Assembly: GCA_025786725.1 (NCBI GenBank) | Contig: JAHLTZ010000002.1 | Coordinates: 124,001-188,000, forward strand | DNA: 64,000 nt | Source: Syncephalis fuscata S228 | Lineage: Eukaryota > Fungi > Zoopagomycota | Direction of reading: 5' to 3' | Shown: in pieces, positions 51,639 through 64,000 of the stretch | Layout of the letters: each line of letters opens with the position of its first letter | Numbering within the stretch: position 1 is the stretch's first letter | The notes under the pieces: model-generated | What the model saw: only the letters and a program-made list of their open reading frames with translations | Database searches by the model: none | Told to the model about the DNA's origin: nothing | Made by a program: the position numbers and the translations under genes

Positions 51639-54014
51639 TGGTTACCATTACTATCATCCATTAACAAGTATTTCTATAACTGGTACTAGTATTATTAGCT
51701 AGCATTAACTAAAAATGTAAGATGCGTTGCTATTCAATACTTATCCTATATTTTATTGGATACTGTGTGTGTGTTTAATAAATCAATGATATTATCATTT
51801 TATTTAACTTGCCATTTATCATTAAGCGAATGAAGCTATTTTAATCATAATCATTATAACCATTATTATAATCACGGCCATAATTTTTAGTTAATGTTCT
51901 ATATTAGTAACGGATAAAATATATCCGTCTATCCGATTAAAAGAACACAGGTGGGAATGTTGGGTGATACCAAACAACCCTATCATTCAAATGTTGACTA
52001 ATAAAGAAATGCTTACTTTTACCTTACTAGTATCGTCATAAGTATAATGGTTGGCAAAATATGAATCAACGCTACTATTGTTACTATCCATTAAATAAAT
52101 AGTTGTAGCTATGCAATATTGCTTATAATTAAATGAACAAATATAATACATTGAACAAACATGTACATTTGATATAATAACCGCTGTGAACAGTTTTGCC
52201 ATGTTCCCTGGCTATTGCCGAATTCGGGTCGGTTATTGAATATCGCCGTTACAAGGCATGCACAACATTTGTTAGTAGCTAATTGCCCGTTCCGACTACT
52301 TGTAGCACTATTCGAACACTAGACACTACTAAAAGAACACTGACTGATATCTACTGTATCAGTGATATGATGCTAACATTAATAAGACTGAGATGAATTA
52401 TTCTGATAATCGGAATTATATTAATACCCTTGATAGTATTAATAATACCATCTATTACAGTCAGCCATTCACTTTACTTTTCTTTTCTACTGCTACTACT
52501 ACCAGTTGATTAAGCAATTTGATCTTGATCGTTTATTGCCAAGCTTATTGCTTCATCTCACTGCTTCTTTGCCTTGCTCTATTGACTAAATTTACTCGTT
52601 TTCTATTATTGTTTTTTTATTTAACCGAATACACCGAGAATTACACACACACCTGTACACTTTCTGCACGTGTGCCAATTTAGTCTCTCTATTCGCTCAC
52701 TTCGTGTTTACGGACAGACTGTCGTAATAGCTCATCTTGCTCTCACACACACTCACTTACTCTCTACACCTTTGTAACTGTTGTTCTTGGCGTGGCTTGT
52801 GAAACACGAGCTATTGATAAACGACGAGAGTAACCGCTAGTCTCTCTTCGTCTAGTTGTAATGCGTTATTATTGCTTTCTCTATTTTACTTACTAAGCCT
52901 TTCTACGTGAATACTACGTGTAGCTTTGAGTCTATTCGTGCTATCTACTCTATTACGTGCTACATTCTACGTATTGTTCGTCGTTCATTGACACTTGCCT
53001 CATTCTAGCCAGCTCATTCTCTTATTGAATAGCCAGCTCATTAAACAAGAATTCTATACATTGTATCGAATCTTCTACTACACTTGTATCCTTGCATTCC
53101 CCGTTGCTTTAGGACTTTTTTCTATAGCGTGTGTAATACTAAGGAATTATTTTTAGTTCCATCTATCGATTATCGTGCTATCCCGTCTTCATCCATTGGT
53201 TGCATCTCGTGGTAATTAGATCAAGAAAAAAGGCGATCCACAATACATTTTACATTCTTTTTTTCTATTGCGTCCATCACAGCTGCATTATTACTGACCA
53301 GTAAGTAGATACTTAATATAGAAGGGACAATGGTGAATATGGCACCAATACAGTTTCTAGAATATAACTATTCTTGTAATAACAGTGGATATTCACGTGG
53401 CATAACATCAGTCTATTCATAATCTATTATTTATACGGATAAACCACATGAATTGAACTGCCCCTTATACGTGGAATTATTATACAAATACACTAACTAA
53501 TTGTTTTTGGCACGTTTTATTGTATTTTATTTAGAAAGTCGTATTTGCCAAGTATTGTTATTTCACCGCTTTTAGCATTCAAGCACACACACGAGACAAT
53601 TGCCTTACTGAAACGGTTCTTTTTTAAGCACAGTGATTTTCTTTGGTGAAACTTTAACATTGTGGCATTTCATCTTTAACAGCATTAATATTTTTGGATC
53701 TTACCCTTTCTATTTCACACACACACACACACGCACTACTACTACTACGCCGTTTATCTTTTGCTCTATCAAGCTTTTCTCCTTAAAATTTAATAGTAGC
53801 CATTATAGGATTAATAGGCATAGGGGTAGCCGCGATAATTATATAAAACAATCCTTTGTAATTGGCGGTTCTACTTAAAACAAAAAGTCAGCACTTTCAA
53901 ACATTGGTTGAAAAATTGTTTTAGCCTCTTTAAACTGGTCAATCAGCACTTTTACACTGATCACGCCAACTTTTAATCGAGTCTTTATTTTAATCATCGA
54001 TCCACTCTACGATA

Positions 54015-55060
54015 ATGAATAAGGAAAAGCTTGTAAACTTGCGTACGCGCATTGTCGAATTTTACCGTCAGCGTTACGAAATCAACTGGATCACTATATC
54101 GGTTACTTTGGGCAATGTTGTACTAACGGCACTTTGCTACTGGTTTATGGTAAGTAGACTATTAGTACTTTATAAACACTATTTACTTATGCTAACATTA
54201 ATCTATAGAATGTTATGAGCAATGTTGCTTCAAAACGTAGCCCTGATAATCATGTAGTGGCCCCGTTACGCGACGCTGGTTTTGAGAAGATTGGCCAAAT
54301 AAGCGCGCTTTATTTGACAGATGTCTTTGACGCCATTGCCATTATTCCGGCCGTTCTTTATCTCTTACTAGCCCATCGCACGCCTATGTCTTGTGCTGTT
54401 CAAGCATTAATTGCTTGCACAATTGGCTGTCTAATGCGTATTACCACCGTGGCTATTACAAGCTTTCCCGATCCACGTCTGGACTGTGAGCGAGTTACCG
54501 GTTCGCCTTTTGACAGCGTATCACTCCATCGCTGTGGCGATGCCATGTTCTCAGGCCACACTATGATTTTTGTACTTGGCGCACTTATGTGGACTACTTT
54601 CTCGCCACTTACCCTGATCTTCCGGGCTATTTCGCTGTTCTTCTGGTGCTGTGCTATTGCCGGCGGCCTTATTATTCTTGCCAACCGTTCCCACTACACC
54701 GTCGATGTTCTCGTTGCTTGCTATGTCACCGTGGGTGCGTGGTATTTCGTGCAATGGTGGTGGCACAACTGGGTTGTCCTGCCAAATCGATTGACCTCTC
54801 TTCGCTTCCCTCATGGCAATATGTATGACTCGCGAGGCCGTAAACTTGTCACAAACCCAGTCGACAATACTGGCTTTATGTACAGTCATACTCGCGATAC
54901 AAGCACGTCCAACTCGCTGCCTATGGCGATGCAAGATCTCGTATCGCCACCTGGCATCCATGGTCAAAGCAACTTCTCTATGCCATCTACATCAGTCGGA
55001 GGTAATGGCGCGCATATCATGCCGCCACGACATGACATTACAGCCGCTGGTATGGTTTAA
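54015..55060 (+). CDS. Sphingomyelin synthase / IPC-synthase-like (PAP2_C) enzyme
   Basis: PLRDAGF, MRITTVAITSFPDP, CGDAMFSGHT and HYTVDVLVACYVT motifs. Intron 54149..54209. Confidence 0.9.
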
Positions 55061-55545
55061 ATTCTGCTATCTTTTTCTTTTATTTCATTGCTTCATTTAT
55101 ATCTATATGTTATATCAATACTACATTCTATACTTACTATACTATACTATATTATAGATAAGCTATGATAATTACACATTTTATTCTTTAGCAATTATAC
55201 AATGCTGCTGCCTTCCTTTTTTCCTTCATTCGTTTATTGGTTGTTGATAGGACCGTTTACGTGTGTATGTATGTGTAGGTTATTCGCTACTACCACTATA
55301 TTACTTTGTTTTTATCAAAATACAATACAGAGCTATTTTACTTTGAGCCTTTGCTTTGTTTAGAAATAAAAGATATGGAACTCACTCTACTTTAGCCAGA
55401 TTTAATGTATTATCTAGTACTAGCAAGCCTTATTATAGGCGATTTAAGATTAGTGTAGCATTAGTAATATGTTTATTATTTTATTCCGAGCAGAATATTA
55501 AACAACTCATTGATAATCTAGAATAGTTTGGGATTAAATAATAAT

Positions 55546-56160
55546 ATTTAATAGCATTCGCGTAGTTGAATTGCACATTCACTCTATTGAACATGATGGT
55601 GGATGGTGAGTAACGTTAGTAATCAAAATATTATCATCGTATATTCATTATCCAGTATGCATGTATCCTCTATTCATTTATATCATTCTTTTATATTCCA
55701 TACACCATATAGCACGCTATAATACTAGATACATTCTGTTGTTTATATGTTCCATTACACTTTACTCATTCCTCTCATTACCTATATGCACTATAACTTT
55801 AACATTGTTTTATGTACTTTTCACCGTATATTTACCATTCTATATATCATTTTATACTCGCTTGGTCTTCCTCTATCCAATGCTATTTTTATTCTTGTTC
55901 TAGCATTGTTATTAATAAAACTCAACTCATTCGCCTCATTCATTTAGCAAACTAAATGCAACTGAAACTTATAACAATATAATGTAGTCCGTATAGCATA
56001 TAATGATATATAATAGTATAGACATACATTGTTAATGACATAAGTAGATGGTGGATATATGCATACTGGATAATAAATCTACAATGATAATATTCTAATA
56101 TTTAATGTCACCCATCACCCATCATCATGTTCAATAGACTGGATGTTATTAAAAATAGTC
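55546..56160. repeat. Dispersed repeat family 2, copies 2 and 3 in inverted orientation (MITE-like arrangement)
   Basis: TCTATTGAACATGATG at 55583-55598 is the exact reverse complement of 56123-56138, and similarity extends on both sides. Confidence 0.6.
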
Positions 56161-56802
56161 AATTTAATTACAAATCATACTATAATAATTGATAAATTTA
56201 ATTAAATTGTATAATAATGTTAAATGACACACAATATTTATATAATGGTGACATTTTACCTAGCTCAATTAACAAGTATTAAGTTAAAGTTAAAATGAAA
56301 TGGTACATAGCATGTATATTAGTGCAACAATAATTAATGCAGAACGATATGGAATCGCAATTATATGGCTTCTATTAATATTCAATCAATCTTTTATATA
56401 TGGCCAACAACAATAGCAATCAACCGCAAATGTTTCAATGAAATTAAATAGCATGCTACATTCTTTATTTAAATCAATTTATTAATAACCGCATTTTAAT
56501 AGAAAGCAATATAACTATGTTGTGCATAATAACGACATGGCTTTAATTGGAACGAGTTTTGCTCAAAGTAAAATTCAGCTTATAATACCATTATAAGATA
56601 TATATATACAGAATGGCTATTGATACTAAGCTTTACTGTTAGCTATTAATGAAACTATATTAGCATTGGTTTAGTATATATATATATCATTGTGCACACT
56701 AAATATCATTATATACATGAAAATAAACTATAAATGTGATAAATGGCACCAACGACCTTTACTCGTAGGCAAATGAAAATTGGTAAATATGTTTAGGCAT
56801 AT

Positions 56803-57720
<918 letters not shown>

Positions 57721-58373
57721 CTAATAGTATAGTAAATATACAGCAAGCAATAGCACATGATATAGACGTTAGTTTGGCTATTTCTTATGCATCGCTATTT
57801 GAATAGTAAATATTGCTAAATAACAAGTGTATTATATGCTACAGTTAAACTAGTCGATACACTTAACACTGTACATGTAGCAGCTATGTCATACTATCTA
57901 TTCGTTGCATATATTATTGACCGCGGTCACACTATGCTTATTCACAAGCATATACTCAACACGGCCTATGCATTCAACTATTCACTCATATATCCATCCA
58001 TCCATCCATCTATTATCTATTCAGATATCTATCCATCTATCTATGTATTCATCCATTCATCCAGCCATATAGCCATCTTTCTACAAATATATCGCCAACT
58101 TACGTTGATTATTGCTTATCGACCAACGGGTTCTTGGGAGAGAGAAGGAGGAAAGTGGCAGATGAATACGATGCGAAGGGGTGATTTGCAGTGACGAAGA
58201 TCACGTGATAAATGGCAGTTTAGTGAGTGAGATGTTAATAGTGTAAATGTGTGTGTGTGATTGAAGTAGTTTTATAGCCACTAGAGATGCACACCACTGT
58301 CGCTTTTTATACTCTTTCCTCGGTTCTTACTACTACGGCCTAACAGATTCTTGTAGTTGTTGGCTTTTAAACA

Positions 58374-59016
58374 ATGGCTCGTTCAGAAAATAAGAACAAA
58401 TGGGAGGAAGCGGTAGGCTGTTTTTATTAATACTGATGACTAAGCAACGATCGCTCGCTGACTAAACAATCAATTTAGGAATTTCCAATTCTATGCGAGA
58501 CCTGCTTAGGTCCTAATCCATATGTACGGATGGTGAGTCAATGAAAGAATAAGCAGTATTCCACAAGTAGATGTATGACTAATACCGCGATGCAACAATA
58601 GTTGAAGCAAAACTATGGCAGTGAATGTAAGGTAAGATTGTCAAGTAGCATACAGCTTGAATGTCACAATTTGGATATTAATATTAGTAATTAGATTTGT
58701 AGTCGACCTTTTACAAGTTTTCGATGGAATCCAGGCAATAGTATGCGTTACAAAAAGACAGAGATTTGTCAAGTATGTTCAAAATTAAAGAATGTTTGTC
58801 AAACATGTATATTTGATTTGGAATACGGTAAATATGATAATTATAACCAATACAATAATTGGTAACTTATTCTATTAATTGTATAGGATTACCGGTCGAA
58901 GTACGTGATAAAGCATTAGGTGTTGGTGATCATGTACCAGAAGATAAAGTCAATCGAGACTTTGCCGCACAAATGGCTGAACGCACTGTAAGTATATATA
59001 TATATATATATATTGA

Positions 59017-59053
<37 letters not shown>

Positions 59054-60069
59054 TTGCGCTATTTAATAGATTATGAAGAATGAAGAAGAAGGACTGTTTG
59101 ATCATAGTAGAGCTGATTCAGCAGGACGTGAATTATTACGTCGTATGGCCCGTACTGATCCGTATTATAATCGAAATAGAGCACATATCTGTTCATTCTT
59201 TGCTAAAGGTGAATGTCGTCGAGGTACAGAATGTCCCTATCGGTAAGTATTATATCTCTATATTCTATCGTATTATATTAATTAATGGTCTATAGACATG
59301 AATTACCACAAGAGAATGATATGGCTCGCCAAAACATTAAAGATCGATTCTATGGCAAAAATGATCCAGTAGCCAAGAATATTCTTAACAAATCACAAGG
59401 TTTTCTCGCTTCATTAGCACCACCTAGTGATCAATCTATTGTAAGTTATAATAATAACAACGTATATAATAACAATAATAATTAATATAATATTTATTGA
59501 TAGACTTCGTTATTCGTTAGTGGTGTTGAGGATGATGTCGAAGAGGCTGATTTAAAGTATGTATTTATACAATCTAGTCTATAGCTTATTTATACTATAT
59601 AATATAGAAATGCATTCTATACTTTTGGTGATATTAAATCTGTAGTTGTTGCACGTAAAGTAAAGTGCGCATTTGTCAATTTTGCCCTAAGAAGTTCGGC
59701 CGAACAAGCAATGGAACGCTATGGTGGTGCCAATCTAAGAGTAAATCAATATACACTACGCGTTACTTGGGGCCGACCAAAGCCACAAGGACCACAATCA
59801 GAATTACAAGGACCACAACAAGGTACATCAGGTAAGTTGATTGCTACAAATACCATAATAAATACTATAATATATAATAATATATGATACACTAGGTACA
59901 TCTACCAACGGTCCACCACCTCCACCAGGTAGCAGTATAGATGATGGTAGCAGCAATTTACAACAATATCCTAGTCAAGGTAAGTTAATTAATCCATTAT
60001 TGATTATATTGATTAATATTATATTGATCATTTATAGATCCCACGTTAATTGGATCTGTACGTAAATAA
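58374..60069 (+). CDS. RBM22: Pre-mRNA splicing factor RBM22/Slt11 (zinc fingers + RRM), many exons
   Basis: [76 protein letters not shown], and an RRM with CAFVNF. Confidence 0.95.
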
Positions 60070-60136
60070 AACAAAAACTAAATGGCATAATCTAGTTATT
60101 ATTACTCCTTATAGATGAATAAATGTTGTCATTTTA

Positions 60137-61332
60137 TTAGTGTATAAAAGCGCAAGATGCTGCTCCTAATTGTTGGTGTAATAATTCAAAATCAAGATCA
60201 TGTCCTAAATAGAAATACACATTAATAATTCATATGATAAATATACAATATTAATTGCATACCATCTTCTACCATGCCCCATTGTTTGATTTGTGACAAT
60301 ACTTCTGCTTGAGATACTTCTACTGCTTGTTGCACACTGATATGTCGTTCAGTTAATGCTAAAGCAACAATAAAAGACTTTGAAGCTAGTACTGCTTGTT
60401 CAAAGGCTAATCAATCAATCAATTAATATATTAATATATTAATCAATTAATATATTACAACATTACTTACCAGCCAATTTTAATGGTGTAAATGAAGATA
60501 CTATATCTCTTAATTTCTGCACGGTTACATCTGGTTGTTGTATACCCATAATACTTTCAGTTACTGTCAATTCAACTTCATATCGTTGTTTAGCCCAATC
60601 AATCAATGGTAACCAGTGCAGTGATTGTAGTTCAACTAATGATTCAGGATGTACATGATGATAACTAATTCATATCATTATTAATCACTATAGTATATAG
60701 TATACACTTAAATAGCACTTACCATAAAGTATCACGATGTAAGAATGCCATCAATTTATCAATAGCCACCATTCTTTCCCCTTCATCATGAAATGTATCA
60801 ATGGCTCGTGCCACAATAGAAGTCTATTAATAATAACCATTAATATTATATATATATATATATTTTTATTATTTGTTTACCATAATTAATCCATGTGGCT
60901 TTAATTGTTCCCGTGCACTTTCCCATTCTCCAGCCACGGCCAATGCAGTACAAGAATGAGATATTGGTAAACAACATGGATGTCCACCAGGTGTTTTTAA
61001 TGCTCGATTATCAAGAAGTACTTGAACACCATCTATAATAGATAAATAGGTAGATAATAATAGATATCATATATCGTATAATATTGAATCTCTATTCATA
61101 ACTTCCAGATTCTTCTTTTACATTAACATTACGCCAGAATCGTTTAATAGATTTGGCTATACCATTTAAAAGTTTAAACGTTAATACTCCTCTTACTACA
61201 AATACACTATAACCTACTAGCACTCTCATTTTGACACTGTAAACTTGTTGTTAAATACCGAGTAGTCGGCATACTAACCACCGATATACGCGGTAGTGTA
61301 TTACGAACAAGTAAACGTAAGTGTGGTAACAT
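60137..61332 (-). CDS. ATP12: F1-ATPase assembly chaperone Atp12/ATPAF2
   Basis: IKRFWRNVNV, VLLDNRALKTPGG, LAVAGEWE, TSIVARAID, LQSLHWLPLIDWA, SKSFIVALAL, QIKQWGMVEDGHDLD. Confidence 0.93.
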
Positions 61333-61454
61333 GGTCAATAGGAAAGGGAAAGAGGGTTTATCGTGGTGTTGTTATACAAATTTACGTATTTCTTTTTTCT
61401 CTCTTAACACACTAACTAACTAACTAACTAACTAACTAGCTATCTATTGTTACA

Positions 61455-61916
61455 ATGAGCCAACAACAAGTAAAAAGTGTTTATCGCCTTTTATTAAGAA
61501 CACAGCGAGTAACATTTAGAAACGATCAAGTGGCACTAACAGGTAAATATAATGATCATAAAACTTTATATTAATTAAGAAATAGCGGCCCGTCAACGTA
61601 CACGACAGGCATTTGAAGAAAAGCGCAATGAAACAGATCCCACCAAGATTCAAAAAGCAATTGTATTTGGCAAAGAAGTAGCCTCGATACTTGAGCGTAA
61701 TGTAGCACAAGCAACACGAATAGAAGAGAAGCCCAATGCTTATCGTAAGTATAAATCAATAAAATGAAAACTATAGCTAATACGTTAACAGGTCTCCATT
61801 TAACGGATAAACATGAGATTAATAAAAATCCACCGGTTATCATTAGTGATCTTAAGAAAAGACAAGAACAACAACAAACAAGAACAGAATGTTGTGGTGG
61901 TGGTGGTCAACATTAA
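61455..61916 (+). CDS. MZM1: LYR-motif complex III assembly factor Mzm1/LYRM7
   Basis: VYRLLLRTQRVTFRNDQVALTAARQRTRQAF..GKEVASILERNVAQA. Two introns. C-terminal CCGGGG. Confidence 0.85.
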
Positions 61917-61924
61917 CATCAATA

Positions 61925-63671
61925 TTAAAAGTAAATACGACGTAAATCGGCTGGTTGAGTAATTGTTTGACATTGAGGGCACACCTTTTTGGCACCCAAA
62001 CTTTGTAGCCAACACGTTTCACAGTAAACATGCCAACATACAATCGATGTAGTTGGTTGTTTGTAATTCTCAATGCAAATAAGACATTTGCCTGCATTGG
62101 AGATCAATTGTTCCTATCATAAATGAAATAAATAGTTTATAGTAGTTAGTTCATAGTATAGCTATCAATAATGCATGTATTACTTGTTGTCTAATACGAT
62201 CTTTAAGAGAAGCGATTAATAAATGAGCACGAGCTAGATCATCTCCCACTACTGATGATGATGATGATGTTAATACAGAGGTTGATTCAGCATTGGTCAT
62301 TTCCATATCCGTTAATCTATCTGTTGATGTTCTAATAGTGTATTATATTAGATTATTAGATGATGAATATTACTATGCTATAAGATTATAGTACTTACGG
62401 TGTAGGATCAGTAGATAGTGTTGCTTCAGTATGAATTACACGTCGTACATCTTCTTCAGTATATGTAATCTACATCGATGCAATGTTAAGTATATACCAT
62501 TCTATCCTATTCTTCCTATTCTATTATAATCTAATAAAAGGATATTGTTGTGCTCCATACTTTTCGGTATCATCAAGATCAATATCGAGTTCTTCATTTG
62601 TATCTTCTTCTACACGACGTGTTGAAGTACTGGCCAGTGCTATTGTAATATATGAATACATTTAATCTACAATATAGCCTATATACTATTACCTGATGCA
62701 CCCCCTTCAAGCATAGAAGTAACCCGTACTCGTGTCTGGCCCGCCCATGTATATTCTTCAAATGTCATATCGGTATGATCAGATGCCGCATTACTCGCTG
62801 TTGTTGTTGTAGTACTCTATACGTGTATTAATAGACTATAATATTCATACTACTAAGTAATACTAACAAGTACAGATGGTCCATTAGGTGTATCCAAACA
62901 TTGATCAATATGTGCATTAATCTGGGTCAAATCACCCGATAATGAAATACCACACATAAAACATGTTGATTCTATTAATTAATTAATTATATTATATTAT
63001 ATTATATTATATTAATACTCTATATAATTACCTATTATTTCACGATCTCCTCCTCGTCGTCGTCGTTCTTGTGGCAATAAGAACTGTGCTGCTTCATCTA
63101 ATTGATCATTATTAAGACTATGACTACCACCTAGTATATTGTTATCATTATTAATACTATTATAGATAATTCTAGCTATTCATCTATTAATCAATTACCA
63201 ATGGTAGATAGCCATTTATCGCGTTGTTCAGCTCGTCTCTTTATTTTATTAATAAGCTATATCATATTTATATAAATAGGTCATTATTATACAAAATACA
63301 CCACTTACTTGATCAGGGGTCTCTTTCTGTGGTGTTGACTCGCCAAGAATACGATGTTTAGCCGCAATGGCTGCACCACGCTTACCTAGATGTCTATTAT
63401 GTCATTAGTATCAATAGAACAGCTAAATCATACGTACGTTGTACCATCACCAGTCATACTACTACTACCACCACTACCACTATTCGTATCTGTATTTAAT
63501 AAAGATAGTTTAGGTGTGGCCAATAATGCTAGTTCTTTGCGATAATGTTGTTCAAAGTTGGTCTTTGTAATAGACTTTGAACATAATGGACACACGTGTA
63601 ATTCCTCTATGAAATACGTTAGATGAATAACAACACTATTAATAATAAGTATGAATTCAATAGTTACCCAT
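61925..63671 (-). CDS. RNF220: RNF220-like E3 ubiquitin ligase (multi-exon; start may lie further upstream)
   Basis: VCPLC..FEQHYRKEL, CFMC..INAHIDQCL, FEEYTWAGQTRVRVTSMLEGG, and RING CLIC..SIVCWHVYCETCWLQSLGAKKVCPQCQTITQPADLRRIY. Confidence 0.88.
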
Positions 63672-64000
63672 TGGATGACTAGAAACTAAATAAACTAACT
63701 AGATGTTACGCGTCAATACAAGTATTAGGATACTCGTTGTTGTTGTTGTTGTTAGTTATTATGCTTCTACAAGTGGTGACTGTGTGTGAGTATGTAAATC
63801 ATTCAAATATAAATCTCAGTTGATTCAAGCTATTTTTTTTCTTTTTTTCTTTTAAATTGAATTGAAACAAGCCAGTTTGAGTTACTTTTACGTAAATTTA
63901 TCTATAATAGGTATTTTTATTATATTGTCTTTTTTCTTTCTTTTTGGTTAGTTGGTTTGAAGCGTTGCGTATTCTTCTTTTTTTCTTCTTCTTCTTCGCC

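Noticed and set aside
58413-58478. Box C (TGATGA) and box D (CTGA) in the first RBM22 intron
   Set aside because: The spacing is too short for a C/D snoRNA, and the CTGA overlaps the branch point.

Overview
AT-rich, gene-dense eukaryotic DNA with short GT-AG introns and CTAAY branch points, typical of an early-diverging fungus (Zoopagomycota/Syncephalis-like is my inference, not established). Recognisable genes are SYO1/HEATR3, a peroxisomal (SKL) malate dehydrogenase, MGR2/ROMO1, mitochondrial PheRS (MSF1), NSE4, RPL10, RBM22/SLT11, ATP12, MZM1/LYRM7 and an RNF220-like RING protein. Also present are an NHP10-like HMG protein, a PH-domain protein, a multi-FAS1 membrane protein, a sphingomyelin-synthase-family enzyme, a Gtt3-like protein and a tRNA-binding-domain protein. 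Accessory content: a 5'-truncated non-LTR retrotransposon with a 14-bp TSD, two small dispersed repeat families, tandem BRI3-like genes and tandem Ser/Thr-rich type I membrane genes. The most interesting feature is three interspersed paralogues (7.5-8.7, 20.0-21.2, 23.5-24.6 kb) of an intron-split gene encoding a signal peptide plus a degenerate protein-kinase fold. One copy retains HRD and DF, the other two carry pseudokinase substitutions, and promoter and coding blocks are shared in a mosaic pattern. This is a candidate secreted (pseudo)kinase effector family. Many genes, mostly in the first ~35 kb, carry single-base frameshifts that may be consensus errors, so pseudogene calls are uncertain.
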